This document shows, piece by piece, positions 25,976 to 39,071 of a stretch of DNA of 64,000 nt (the first letter of the stretch is position 1; every line of letters begins with the position of its first letter). Source of the stretch: Paraphysomonas bandaiensis (Eukaryota > Protista > Chrysophyceae). The position numbers were made by a program, and so were the translations under genes. The notes beneath the pieces are model-generated. The model was not told the origin of the DNA. It saw only the letters and a program-made list of their open reading frames with translations, and ran no database searches. The stretch covers positions 62,001 to 126,000 of the forward strand of contig CBFFRP010000418.1 of NCBI GenBank assembly GCA_965644295.1, written 5' to 3'.

Positions 25976-26741
25976 ATCTGATGACTTCAGGACTTTGAGT
26001 CCTTAAGGTAAACAACCCGGATGCTTGACCTCAGCAGGCAGCCCAATACCCTGGGTACTCATGAGGTGGGCCCTGTCCCGGATGCCTGTTTATTCGTCAG
26101 GGCCCAAAGACGTCTACACAAGTGAGTTAATTTCCTGGAGAAATGTCTCCGGTACTTATCCCCCACAAGGCCACGAAAAGGTGCAAGTCCGACTTTATTG
26201 AGAGTATTATGAACGAGAAAGGAGAGTGTTACCTGACTTAGTGACTGATTCCTACAAATACTTTGCCCAATTTATACCATAATTTAATATCTTTTCATCT
26301 AGAATATCCTGTACAGACAGTATATTTAGTGCAAATACGTTTTACTACCATTTCGTTGTTTTTTATATGTTAGGACACAGTAGTTATTGTACATCTTGTC
26401 ACGTATTTCAACACACATATTGACCCAATATTATTGTCACTTGGCACACATAAACAAAATTAAAGGTTAAGCATATCATATATTGTTTCGGGCTCTGTTT
26501 ACATGAAATATGCAACGTCTAGTATAATTTTCTACCAGCACAGCGATGGTTTAATTCTAAGATGGCTGGAACACAATTGCTGTCTTAAAACGCCGTACAC
26601 GGACACTGTGCTTTCCATTCGCAAAGACATTGGATTGATGATATAATAAATTAAAGTTACTGTACAAATTAGAAAACTGCATTACAGTTATGTGATAAAT
26701 ACAACATATGTACCACTTAACCAACAAACATAGCCAAAAAT

Positions 26742-29087
26742 CTAGCAATGTAGACCTTTGCGCTTACCTAAAAGTTTCTTACGCAGAAGGATCTCGCGCA
26801 GCAGGCCAGCTTTCCGAACCCCATCAGAAACATTAGTAAGAATGCTTTCCAATTCTGTGTGTTCGTGTTGGATAGGTGGTCTCTGTGCAAGCTGAGATCG
26901 GAGGTGGCTAGAATCGCTACAATGTCGCTCTTCAACTTCTTCCTCGCAATCATCACTTCCTCTCCAGGGAGGCAAACGCACCAACACACCATCTTCCGCA
27001 ACAACCACTCCCTTTTCTAGTCCAGGAAGTGAGACAGGCATGTACGAGGTCTTTTTTATACCCCATCGACTTTTACGTCGCCGGCCTTTCGCCCGAAGCC
27101 GTGCCCGCTCTACCATTAAACTAGTTCTATTTTCACTCAGGCGTCTCGCCCTCTCTATCATACGACTGCGTAGATCCTCGAGCTCCATTTGCTCACGCCC
27201 TGTTTCCAGGCGTTTCTCCCACGTTCTTAAGTTGGTAGCAAGTTTCTCCTCGACACACATGAGTTGGCACTCCACCGCACATACAGCCGCGTCTAGTTCC
27301 TTACAGCTTACTCTACAAGCGACAAGAAAAGCCCTTTCCTTATCCATATCGCCTATATCCTGCTTTGAAAGACGGGTGGGGTTCAACAGTTCTGCCGACA
27401 GCGCACATAGTCTGCTCAAACGGTACTCGGTGCTGTCAAGCGCAGACCTTAATAACGTAGCGTTCTGAGCCCCCCATCCAGTTCTTAAAAGTACCCTGAC
27501 GTGCTCCATTGTACGCTGTGTACCCAGCAGATGCATCACAAGGCCTTCTCCCACTGATTCGAGTACACTGCAAGCATAGGATAACTCCTCGCACTGAGAG
27601 GTGGCCAGACCCATCGGCAAGTATATGCTGGACCCCTCCGACAAAGGGGATATATATTGCACGAGTCTTCCTCGAACCCATTCTTTAAGTTTCACCATGT
27701 AGTTATAAATAACCTCAGCAGAGCCACCCAGATTTCCCACGTGTTCTGAGTATCTCTCAAGTTGTTTTTCTAGTACCTCCATTGTACGCACCAACAGCAA
27801 GCACGACTCGAGGAAGGGACGTACCTTCTGACACTCAGTGATAACCATTGTAGCACATGATACCACATCGCCATTTCTCGCTCTTACTCTTTCCATGCTG
27901 GCCCAAATACCTACACTCTTTTTCACAGCCACATTGACGGCCGAGGACACAACACCGTCACCATCCATGGCATGGAGGTATTGCTCCATGGCCTTCTGCT
28001 CCTGGATGAAGCCTTCCGCCTTACTAATAGCCTTATCTTGTTCTATTCGTACTCTTTCTACTTCCCGTCTATTCCGGAGAGCAGCCAGTGACTCTTCGGC
28101 TTCACGTAAACTATTAACTGCCAATGCCAGTTCTCTTCTTGCTTTCCGTACCTCGTTTAGGTGATGTGGATTCACTCCCGCCTTCTTCAGTACATCCCCA
28201 GCATACCTTCGCACCTCCTCACCATCAATGCCATCAGATTCTACACTAAGTGATTTCTGTGCCTCCTTTCGAGCTGCTTCGGCCTCCACCTCCCACTGTT
28301 GCAGTTGGTCGGCCAGGACCCGTCGTTTTTCAGCTCGCTCTTTTCGTCTATGGCTGCGCAAGAATCCGTCACGGTCCAGTTCCACTCTAAGTGGTAGCAT
28401 TCGTACCTCACCAGAAGAGGATGTTGGACACACAACCAGGGTGTAATACACCATGCCACTCTTCTCCACAGGTGCGGAATCTGCGCAGGCTAATACGGAG
28501 AGTGCCCTCATTAAATCCTCGAAGGAACGCAGCCGTATACAAACACTTGCTAGTAGTCCCATGTCGCGGTTTGGATCACAAACTACTTCCATTCTCTCTA
28601 TCACATTTTCACCAGCAAGTCTTTCCACAGCGAGCCACAGGTCTTGTCCGTCGGATACCTCCACAGTCCCTTCCAATCCACAGGCACGCACAGGCACTCC
28701 ATGCAGCCATATCGAGCGATTCTTTTGTGCATAACTCTTATCCTTCTCACTTATCATTGCAAGAGGGTGTATTGCGAGATGCATTCGCATCTGATTGCCG
28801 CCAATAACATGCACTCTATGGCTCATATGGTTGCAGTGGTCTGCTAATCGTAACGCCTCATCGATCAGTCCAACGATCACCTCACATCCCTCATCTTTAT
28901 GATCCAGAGCCATTGCAGGGGTCACACCAGCACTCCTTGCAAGATCATATCCATATTTTCTTATATCCCAACTCGTGAGGCGTGTTTGAGTGTGTATGTT
29001 GGAAGGGAGGAGCAGCAGATCGATAGTTGGGAGATTATAGAGAGAGAAACACACACAGGAGTAGAGGGGGGCTTTGAGGGGAGTCAT
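26742..29087 (-). CDS. Coiled-coil protein with an N-terminal region resembling AKAP17A/XE7 splicing regulators
   Basis: 781-aa intronless ORF. LTSWDI, SIWLHGVP and LRVELDRDGFL..RRKERAEKRR occur in the order and spacing recalled for AKAP17A motifs; the similarity is weak and judged by eye. Confidence 0.5.
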   Translation of the reverse strand: MTPLKAPLYSCVCFSLYNLPTIDLLLLPSNIHTQTRLTSWDIRKYGYDLARSAGVTPAMALDHKDEGCEVIVGLIDEALRLADHCNHMSHRVHVIGGNQMRMHLAIHPLAMISEKDKSYAQKNRSIWLHGVPVRACGLEGTVEVSDGQDLWLAVERLAGENVIERMEVVCDPNRDMGLLASVCIRLRSFEDLMRALSVLACADSAPVEKSGMVYYTLVVCPTSSSGEVRMLPLRVELDRDGFLRSHRRKERAEKRRVLADQLQQWEVEAEAARKEAQKSLSVESDGIDGEEVRRYAGDVLKKAGVNPHHLNEVRKARRELALAVNSLREAEESLAALRNRREVERVRIEQDKAISKAEGFIQEQKAMEQYLHAMDGDGVVSSAVNVAVKKSVGIWASMERVRARNGDVVSCATMVITECQKVRPFLESCLLLVRTMEVLEKQLERYSEHVGNLGGSAEVIYNYMVKLKEWVRGRLVQYISPLSEGSSIYLPMGLATSQCEELSYACSVLESVGEGLVMHLLGTQRTMEHVRVLLRTGWGAQNATLLRSALDSTEYRLSRLCALSAELLNPTRLSKQDIGDMDKERAFLVACRVSCKELDAAVCAVECQLMCVEEKLATNLRTWEKRLETGREQMELEDLRSRMIERARRLSENRTSLMVERARLRAKGRRRKSRWGIKKTSYMPVSLPGLEKGVVVAEDGVLVRLPPWRGSDDCEEEVEERHCSDSSHLRSQLAQRPPIQHEHTELESILTNVSDGVRKAGLLREILLRKKLLGKRKGLHC

Positions 29088-29556
29088 GGGGATAGGAGGA
29101 GCTAAGGGGGCATGGGGGAGTGATGTAAATAACTATCAAATAGTTTAACCATGTAAGAATATGCGTGTATATATGTGTGTATATATGTGTGTGTATGTGT
29201 ATATATGTACAGGAGGGGCATGTATAGTGTGATATGTACTGCTGTACGTGTGTAGAGGTAGAGAGGTACAGTACTGTAGAGAGGAGATCATCCATATTCT
29301 CAGAACACCCATTTCAACAATCCAGAAGTACCTGTTCGAAAAAAATATTTTTTGGGACTAAAAAACTCAATACGTTTGTACTATATGAGACTGTGACAAA
29401 TATGTCACGTAAAATAATTTTTGCATACAAAATTACACTCTGTTCATATAGAGTACTTCAGTACTCTGCTGCTGTACATGTACGTGTGTACTCCTAGAGT
29501 CTGATAGTGGGATGAGGTGTCCATCATACCAGTGACTCATTCATCACTATTAAACC

Positions 29557-31499
29557 ATGTATAAACTAAACCATTCCCTCCTCTATCGCAAGTGGTTATG
29601 GATCACCACTGTGCTAGTGTTAGGCACCTCTCTGCTGTGTTTTATCCTGTACTTATCGATGGAATCTATTGATACAGAGGGTTCATATGAGGGGCCTGTT
29701 CATTGCAGTCATTCACATGCTAATGACCCTCATGTGGATTGTTTTAAGGGTAGAACATATGAATACTGTTCATTTGATGATCCCAGTGGACTGGAGGGTA
29801 TGCGGGGTGTGTCTGATGAATGGATATTGCATCATGTTATTGTTAATGTGCGACACGGAGACAGAACCTCTCTGCACACTATAGGTAACACCTCACTCCC
29901 CTCATACCACATCTCATAGTGTATGGTATTTTGTTCAGATGGAGCTAAAGGAGAGACAAAGGATGGAGTGTATCGCGGCCGGGCTGGTGAGTGATACTGT
30001 GTGGTATGCCTACGACAAGTTATTGTCTGTCTGCAGATGTACTGGACCTAAGAGAGGCGTATGGATTAAGTGATGTCCGTACGTATGAATTAAATCCATT
30101 AGATGGTGACGAGGATTTAAAACGTGTGAACCCACTCGAAACACTTCTTTCCATCCCCGATAGAGCCTTGGCTCAAGGGCAACTGACCTCACATGGATTC
30201 AAGCAGCTACTTACCTTAGGAGCTCATCTACGGAGCGCTTACAAGCCTTTGGTAGATAAGGTTGCCCAGGATTTGAAGTCTTTACTAGCGGTACGCTCCA
30301 CCAACTACGACAGAACTATTCAGGTAGATAGAAGTGCTATATACACGTGATTTTCTCAACGATTCGTTCAGAGCGCGGCAGGTCTGGTTGCGGGGATGTT
30401 TCCTGGTGTAAGTAGTATACTACACCTTTTCATTATTCGCTGACATTAGGTATTTATGACTAGAAAGAAGGCATTCCTATTGCCTATCATCCCGATGAGA
30501 AAAAAGAGGTTATGCTTGGGAGCGTCAGACACGGCGATTCCCGAGGTATAGTGCTACACGAAAATGGGGAAGCTACAAATGTTGGATGCGAGAGAGCAAA
30601 GCTAGTAAATCAGAAAATGAAGGCATCTGTATGTGTTATCGCTGCATTTATATGTATTGCTCACGTATAGGTGTGATGGAATCAGGGATACCCTCCAGTG
30701 GGCCGAGAAGAGTATGATGAGATTGTATCTTTATTTGGAGAGGAATCCATGGCTCAGGTGCGTTTAAATCATGCATTTGCTTTTGGCATTCCCACGTAAT
30801 TTGCTTTTGTGGTATACCATACAGTTTTCCACCACTGAGCGGATTACGGACGTCGTCGATGCTATATTGCCTCGATATTGCCATGGGGAGGCTTACCAGT
30901 GTGGAGATAAGGGTCAATGTGTAACGCACAAACTCCTAGAGAGTCTTATGGTATGTATCCCGGGTTTGGTGGTCTGAGAGTCAATTGTGTGTCAGGAGGA
31001 TGCCGACAGAGCCTTCTGTGAGGCGTATACCAGCCCTGTAGGGGGACGAGAATTTACAATGCTAGATATGTTTCCTTTCATGAAGGAGGTACGAGGTGCT
31101 CTTCTAATGGCATCCGAAACTGAAAAGGGTGGCATTCAAGTCTTTGCTGGGCACGATACTGTTATAGCACCAGTGTTATCTGCTCTTGGTGTGTATGGGC
31201 ACCCTTCAATATGTGCGTGGCCTCCGTACGCAAGTAGAATAACCTTTGAGCTTTGGACACCATCATCACAGAGCAAGAGCAGGTGGTACATCAGATTGAT
31301 GTACAATGGTAAGGATGTTACGGGTTTAGTACCATCGTGTCAGTCCCCTTTGTCAATCACCAACTCAGACAGGAAGACAGACAGAAAGAGTGAGCCTTAC
31401 CTTCTCTGCCCGATGTCTTTATTTTTTAAGCAAATAGATACAATGCTGCACCCTCACACATCTCTTACAGAAGCGTGCGAGGACAAGAAGTATTTCTAG
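29557..31499 (+). CDS. Histidine acid phosphatase (branch 2; ACP6/PXYLP1-like) with N-terminal membrane anchor, multi-exon
   Basis: Catalytic RHGDRT, GQLT..G..Q...LG, RSTNYDRTIQS, GHDTVI and PPYASRITFELW. Confidence 0.88.
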
Positions 31500-32426
31500 A
31501 TCTCAAGGGTGTATGTTTTACCACGTGCATTGGCAAGCAGCGACAGAATGATGTTTTATAGTATTATACGTTACAGTTATGTCTCTCTTGTTCATAAAGT
31601 TCTATATTTTGCGTGGAGCTATTATATGGTCATAAATTAATTTCGTTTTATCCTGAGGTGCAATATCTATGAAGTGAATAACATATCATCTAGAAATCTT
31701 ACACATCTCTAAGTAGCACGCAATACGTCAAGTCGGTAGAGCAAAACTTATTACGTCATATTATTGTTAGAATTTACTCATAGTTGTCTTCAGTCAACTT
31801 ATTGCTGAAATTTACTCATGATTATCTTACGTAAAATTGATGATAGATTTCATGTTAGTGATCCAATGTATATCGTTGATATAGAAAGTAAAAGGGCATG
31901 AGCTCACGAGTGATGCGTAAAAACACAAGTAGCTCTAAACGCGGAGGAGTCATACTCTTCAGCAAATCAGTCATAACAATCTTATCACTACTGAATAATC
32001 ATTCAACCATACCGATAGCGATATGCAAATGATTCATGCTGCGGTATCAAGTTTGCTTGAAAACCAATTAATTGTTGCACAGTCCTGATGCTCTGATGCT
32101 CTGATGAAGATACAACAAGCACAGTACATTGAAAGTAGTTTGGATTGAACAGATATCTTCAAGTCGTGCAATATGTAACTGTCATCTATATGCACAGCAG
32201 GACACATGCAGATGCAGCACCAGAAGACAGGAGACTATAGAGGTGCTGCATCTGTTCCATCAGGAATTCGTTCAGAGTTATAACGAGAAGCAAGTGAGGA
32301 AAGAGAGAGACCAGAATCACATCTGCATGGATACCACACCACATCACACATCACCCTCTCCTCGGTATCACCAGCAGCAAGCCACCTGAGGCCAACAACC
32401 AATCAAAGGCCTGCATTCCGATCTGT

Positions 32427-33251
32427 GTATGTATGTATGTATGTATGTATGTATGTATGTATGTATGTATGTATGTATGTATGTATGTATGTATGTATGT
32501 ATGTATGTATTTATGTATGTATTTATGTATGTATGTATGTATGTATTTTTGTATGTATGTATGTATGTATGTATGTATGTATGTATGTATGTATGTATGT
32601 ATGTATGTATGTATGTATGTATGTATGTATGTATGTAGGTATGTATGTATGTAGGTATGTATGTATGTATGTATGTATGTATGTATGTATGTATGTATGT
32701 ATGTATGTATGTATGTATGTATGTATGTATGTATGTATGTATGTATGTATGTATGTATGTATGTATGTATGTATGTATGTATGTATGTATGTATGTATGT
32801 ATGTATGTATGTATGTATGTATGTATGTATGTATGTATGTATGTATGTATGTATGTATGTATGTATGTATGTATGTATGTATGTATGTATGTATGTATGT
32901 ATGTATGTATGTATGTATGTATGTATGTATGTATGTATGTATGTATGTATGTATGTATGTATGTATGTATGTATGTATGTATGTATGTATGTATGTATGT
33001 ATGTATGTATGTATGTATGTATGTATGTATGTATGTATGTATGTATGTATGTATGTATGTATGTATGTATGTATGTATGTATGTATGTATGTATGTATGT
33101 ATGTATGTATGTATGTATGTATGTATGTATGTATGTATGTATGTATGTATGTATGTATGTATGTATGTATGTATGTATGTATGTATGTATGTATGTATGT
33201 ATGTATGTATGTATGTATGTATGTATGTATGTATGTATGTATGTATGTATG
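32427..33251. repeat. (TATG)n microsatellite, about 825 bp
   Basis: Nearly pure tetranucleotide repeat with a few interruptions in the left third. Confidence 0.98.
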
Positions 33252-33380
33252 GGTATATCAGTACGGGGTGGAGTGTTGTATGGCTAGTGTGGGTAGTGTG
33301 TGTGGTTACTTATATTAAGTGTAGTTTTTGGAGTTATTTCAATAGCTGTCTCTTCATATTCTTCCTTCTCTGTATCTCTA

Positions 33381-34148
33381 ATGGCTCACGCAATTCTCTT
33401 CGAAGACATCTTCGACATCAAGCAGCTCAATGCAGACGGAAAGAAATTCGAGAGAGGTTCGTATGTGTGTATATATGTGTGTATAGCCATGTGTGTGTAT
33501 AGCTGTGTGTGTATGTGCCTCTCACTGTGTTTTTTCTTCAGTAAACAGACTCCACTGCAAAGGAACGACTTATGATGTTGATTTGGTAGTTGGTGGGTGG
33601 ATTGTGTTGGTGTGTGTGCCTGATAATGCTCTGTATGTCTGTGGAATTAGATGTCAACGCGGAGCTATTCGCAGTGAGAGCGGGAGAGCGCGTTACTGTG
33701 GCTGTTGCAAGGTTTTGATGTGATTGTGGCGAGTTTGTACACTGATGGAGTGTGTTTGCAGCACTCTTGCTATGGACGGTACACCAGATGATGGCCAGTA
33801 CAACCCTTACCCAGGGGTACAACATTAACTTTGTTCAATTATATTTTAATCACTACTCCGTAGCCCTCTCTTCTTGACTCTTATGACTACGCGATGCATG
33901 GCCGTGTATTTAACATAAAGCACAGTGGACAGCAGCACCAGAATGTAGAAGTATCTGCCTCCTTCGGTGGACTTCTGTTTAAGTTAGATGGAGAGCAGGC
34001 GCAGCTCAGCGCCATTGAGGCGGACATGAGGTTAGCACCTGACTGGTTAATTATTTCTTTTGTTTAATGTGTATATCGAAGGGTATTTCTTTTAATGCGC
34101 AGGGGGGGTCTGGACAGCTTTAGCGGCGGAAGCGCTATGGAAATGTAG
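33381..34148 (+). CDS. RPB8: RNA polymerase I/II/III shared subunit RPABC3, 6 exons
   Basis: The spliced product ILFEDIFDIKQLNADGKKFERVNRL...DVN.ELF...SLLDSYDYAMHGRVF...SASFGGLLFKLDG is typical of RPB8. Five GT-AG introns restore frame. Confidence 0.95.
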
Positions 34149-35508
34149 GGAGTTGTAGTTGTTAGATATTAACATTCTAATGTGGCGATATATCATGAAA
34201 AGATGATAACAAAATAATAATTATTAAACCTTATTATGTAGTGGGACATGTTGAATATTTACCATATTATGTAGTAGTATGAAATAAGCATATATATACA
34301 TTGCGACTCCATGGTGACAAAACTTCATTATGAATGAAGTCGACTACATTACGCTGCCCTGGCTAAACTATAGTGGCATGGTTTCGAATGTAGTGTTGAG
34401 TTTAGCTTATTTCTAAGTAATTAAAATTTGTATTATAAGATATTCGAATTATGACCGTTAGTTCAACAATACATTACTTGAAAACTGTAGTACATGAATC
34501 AATGATATGATATGAATTATGTTAGAGAAACTGAAATAATCTGACTGTATAAGATCGTGTCTTTCTAAGATCCGATAGTATTGATTTGTAGATTGGAGAT
34601 AATATAATTTATCGAATATCAATGAATGACAAGACATAATATTAATCATTGATTGTTGTGTGCGTTCAAGTTCAGTTACTTAAGTTAAGGTGAGTTCAAC
34701 TTAAGTTAATAAGTAGCAAGGTGTAAAGATAGTACGGAGGGAGAAACTAAAAAGCTGGATTTTGTATCTGATTTATATTGAAGCGTAAAAACTGAAAATC
34801 ATCTATATAGCCCTTTGCTGAGAAATGAAACTAGTCCTTTGCAGATACCTCTCACAGCTCAATTGAGAATTGTAAATATCACAGCGAATAGTGTAGCGTT
34901 GGATTGAAAGAGGAACGACATGATAGTAAGAATGTGCGCTACTGCTAGAGTAATGACACCTATGTGAATAACAAACAGAATATGTCGCACTTCAGAACCA
35001 ATGCAACTGAACTCTACCTGCTGCGAGCATATATATACCGAACCTGACATAGTTCACATTGCAAGGCTACAGATACCTCTACCATCTCTACAGAAAGATC
35101 TCGCTTTTCTTGTGCCTTTTACTTGCGAAAAGGTGATGTAGCTTAATCACTATCATAGTCTATAGCGCACAACCTCTAAAAAATTGCTTGTTGCTATTGC
35201 TTATAGGTAATATCACCGAGCGTACCACTCAGAAATATCCTCTTTAAAACGTAGTTTTATACAATTCACTACTGGCAATATAATTAGACTATATTTTAGC
35301 TAAAATATATGGGATCAAATATTTGTTGCGGCATATATTCCTTAGTGGAAAATACATGATTAATTTACCCCTTTCATTAAATTAAAAGCATTAAATATAT
35401 TGTCATCACAACACCAAGCAGTACAAAAGCAGGTAATAGATACCTATTGTATCATGGTGAGGGTAAGAAACTTTTATATTGAAAGTTTCAAATTAGAGTC
35501 AAAAATGA

Positions 35509-37373
35509 CTATGGCATTTGAGAAAGTGCTAGCTGCACGCGAGCAAACAGTGGAGGAATCGTGTTTCCCAAAGGAGGCCCAGCATTGAATGGTACCACAT
35601 CGCCACCCATTTGGCAATCCTGAGTACTTGCAGGTGAAGTATCATCCGGTGTCCAACAGCCAAATTGATTGGGAGTATCTCCAATGACAATGCGGGGAAT
35701 GGGTGCAGTGTCAATTGAGTTCGGAAGCCCGCCACTGACTGTATCATCCAAAAGTGACAAACCTAGTGCCCTGGCTCCCACAGCTGTCGTGTCAGAGCTA
35801 CCAGCCAAATTGTTGGTTTCATACGGATCCGATGTCAAATCGAATAGATGAGCACCCAAGCCTGGTTGACTGACCGGCTCGAGCCCAAAATAAAAGGCAG
35901 CCGCACTTGGAAAGTCTGTATACTTCCATAGCTTGTTTTCATAGGTGAACACAACACCTCCGCTTGGGCGTCCGGTGTTTGGAGGAGGAAAGGGAGCGCC
36001 CATGACAGTACCGGAAACACCAAGAGGAACATTGTCTCGAGAAAACTTATCATTGAGTTTTTTAGCTTCTTTGTGTAAAATAGCTTTCCCATCGCTCTGT
36101 TCTATCACAGATTTATGCGCACCTAGTTTTAAACACGGTATCTAAGCCAGCATCAAACAGTGCAAATAATGGGTATCTCACCTGCAATTTCTGCGATCGT
36201 CGCAAATAAGTCAGTGACATGCAAAAGGCCGTCATAAGAGGTTCCTTTCAGCTTGTGTGACTTGGACACCACTGATCCACTGATGAACGCTGGTACACGA
36301 ACCCCACCCTCCAAGAATGATCCCTTTTGACCGCGTAATCCGCCATTCTTCGACCCAAAGTTGCGTACGCCTCCATTATCGGACACGTACACAATTAGTG
36401 TATCATCCAACATACTCTTACTGTCCAATGCAGATAAGACATCACTGACCATGTCATCAACACCTGCCATCATCATGCATAAAAGTTGACGGCTATTAAA
36501 CGGAAGGTTCGGAGGGAATTGTGTAACTCCTGCGCATCGAGCAGCGTGATTCGTGGAGATGTTTGGCTGCAGTGGCGAGTGAGGTGCTGTAGGAGCAAGA
36601 TACATAAACAATGGTTGCGAGGGGTTGTGGGAAGCGATTTCGCTGACAGCCCTGTCCGCCAACACAGTTGTGTAATGCTTTCCAGAGCCTTGCAATGATA
36701 CATCCGGAACACCATTAGAGCTCAAATCGTATCCATTCACGAAGTAACAATTCGTACCCCATGAACTTGGAAACATATCTGGTGTGACTGGGTTGGCACT
36801 ATTGCACCCCAAGCCAATGTCATACTCATAGTAGTCCGAAGCACCTACGAACAGCTAAAACAAAAAATCATAGGTAATATTCACTGACGTACCGTGCATG
36901 TTGCCATACCATATATCAAATCCACGTGAAGAAGGGAGATTATTTACACTCCCTGAACCCAGGTGCCATTTACCAATACCTATGGTACGATAACCTTCCT
37001 CACGAAGTATCTCAGGAAGAAGTGTGAAGTCAGTAGAGAGTTGTCGAGCTTCACCCGGCAGGAGAGCACCATCTTGTAGTCCGACTTTGTTGGCATACTT
37101 ACCAGTCAGCAAACACGCTCTTGTGGGGGAGCATGTCGTCTGAGCGTACATACGTGTCAGTGTGAGCCCCTCACTTGCAAGAGAGTCAAGTGTAGGGGTA
37201 GCAAGAGCAAACTCCGGGTCATTGTAGCCGATATCGTCCAGGCCCTGGTCGTCAGTTAACACTAACAGAATGTGCTTCGCTGAGGCTCTCTTGAGACCGC
37301 GAAGTGCCTCTGTGTGACTGTGTGTTTCCCATATAAGAGAGAGGAGAGACAGAGTGAGCACTGAGAAGCGCAT
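35509..37373 (-). CDS. Secreted arylsulfatase (ARSB-like, formylglycine-dependent), 3 exons
   Basis: Signal peptide, LTDDQG, CSPTR active-site motif, GKWHLG, PHSP, SDNGG, LRGQKGS..EGGVRVP, LFDLTSDPYE. Confidence 0.93.
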
Positions 37374-38243
37374 CTGTATGTATATGGATGTATGTATATG
37401 TGTGTATGTATAGATATGACACTGACTCTTGTCTCATATCTTCTCTATGATACATACACTACACTGCACTACACTAAGATACATACACTACACTAAGATA
37501 CATACACTACACTGCACTAAGATACCTTCAACACAATGAACTCAATTTCATCGCATGTCATTGTATCGAATGGATGATATGTTGAGTTCCAGCTCCCTCC
37601 TGGCCCAACAAAGTCCCTGAGGTCCCTGCCCCCCACAAGGCTTGCAGGAATCCGTAGAGGCTAAGGCACCTTGGAGGGGCAGGTGGGAGCTGACATCACA
37701 ATACATCGTAATACATCATAATACAGCTGTACATTGTAGTGGAGGATATGTCGATCCATTAAAAAAAACGACCTTTTGTGGTTATTTCTCTGAAATATAT
37801 TCCTCAAAAAACATCATGCATCAAAAAAGCCTGGATTTTTTTGCTGGATCGACATATTCAGCTGGAGATGTTTTAAGATTTGCTCCTTTTGATATCTAAA
37901 ATATCGAAAATTTGCTTAAAAGGGCGGTATTTAGGGTCCAATGAGTTGAAAATCATACGATATTATTGGGATAAACACCGTATGCGATTATGAAACGGAT
38001 TGTGGGAGTGAGATTAAAGTATAGAAAAACACGCATGTGTTGATGGGGATTCAGACGCAGACGACTGCTGTATGTATAATACAGACGTCTACAGGCTGCT
38101 GCTGTATATGCATATATGGTATGAGGGTTGGCGATTAATGGACATACCTCTACACAACACTTGCTACTAGGACTATACATACACCACAGTCATATTCCCC
38201 ACTCACTGTGCATCTCTATCCCACATCTCTCTCTATCTGTCTG

Positions 38244-39071
38244 ATGACATCGCCTGGATTCGCCACTAATGCTGCTCTTAACAATATACTCAATCAAGAG
38301 CTCGCGGCTCCTCGACTCACTCTTATGGATGCCTTTAACAAGACATCTTGTTATACTAAGGAACCAGAGATAGGGTTTGGCACTGGATCTCGACCCCCTC
38401 TGATGGTCCCTACAGCCACTCCTGGACCCGGAGCGTATCAGATCAAAACAACTATGAGTAAAACTATCGACTCGTCCATCAAATCACCTCAACAGTTTTC
38501 GATAAGAAGCAGGCAGAATTTTGGGGATCCTAATCTTAAGGCTCTGTCTAAGACCACAGCCAATGAGCCTGGACCTGGTCAATATAAGGTAGCGAATAAG
38601 TTCTTGTCTGGTCGCGATGAGCCCAAGTACAGTTTTCCGAAAAGTCGACAGCCCGCAGATAAGGCTCTTCTCGCACCTGGCCCTGGTCAGTATGAGCTTC
38701 CGGCGAGTATGGGTAGGCAGCCACTATCTACCAAACATAGGGCACAGGAAGCTCCTTTTCCCCACGCTTCCCGTCCGTCTCTAATTGCTCCGGGCTCCAC
38801 AGAAATTGGACCAGGGGAATATGGGGTGTCTGCTGCTGCGTGTGAGCCCCAGGTCGACTCCCGCAAGCCAACTTGTTCCTCCATAAAATTCGGTACTGGA
38901 TATCAAAAGAACCGAAAAAATAACCAGAAGTTGGATCTGAGCGAGCCTTCGCCTGGTCCTGGGTCGTACCAGCTTCCGGGAGGAGTCGCCACCAAGAGCG
39001 CGGGTACGCCGTATAGAAGCTCACCAGCTGCCAGTCTCAGTGGGAGGAACGCTTTTGGAAGCCCGTGGTGA
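38244..39071 (+). CDS. STPG/ODF3 (SHIPPO-repeat) ciliary protein
   Basis: Five (P)GPGxY repeats: PGPGAY, PGPGQY twice, IGPGEY, PGPGSY. Intronless; first ATG at 38244. Confidence 0.88.
   Translation: MTSPGFATNAALNNILNQELAAPRLTLMDAFNKTSCYTKEPEIGFGTGSRPPLMVPTATPGPGAYQIKTTMSKTIDSSIKSPQQFSIRSRQNFGDPNLKALSKTTANEPGPGQYKVANKFLSGRDEPKYSFPKSRQPADKALLAPGPGQYELPASMGRQPLSTKHRAQEAPFPHASRPSLIAPGSTEIGPGEYGVSAAACEPQVDSRKPTCSSIKFGTGYQKNRKNNQKLDLSEPSPGPGSYQLPGGVATKSAGTPYRSSPAASLSGRNAFGSPW

Noticed and set aside
25977-26020. Hammerhead ribozyme at CTGATGA
   Set aside because: Stem II is followed by GTAAA rather than GAAA, and no stem III or NUH site could be formed.
32129-32389. Possible SWIM-finger (MULE transposase) remnant CNCHLYAQQDTC
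   Set aside because: Lacks the final His and any DDE region or TIRs; too short to support.
32425-33502. Long MYVC-repeat ORFs (also 41077-41632)
   Set aside because: (TATG)n has no stop codon in any frame, so these ORFs are artefacts.
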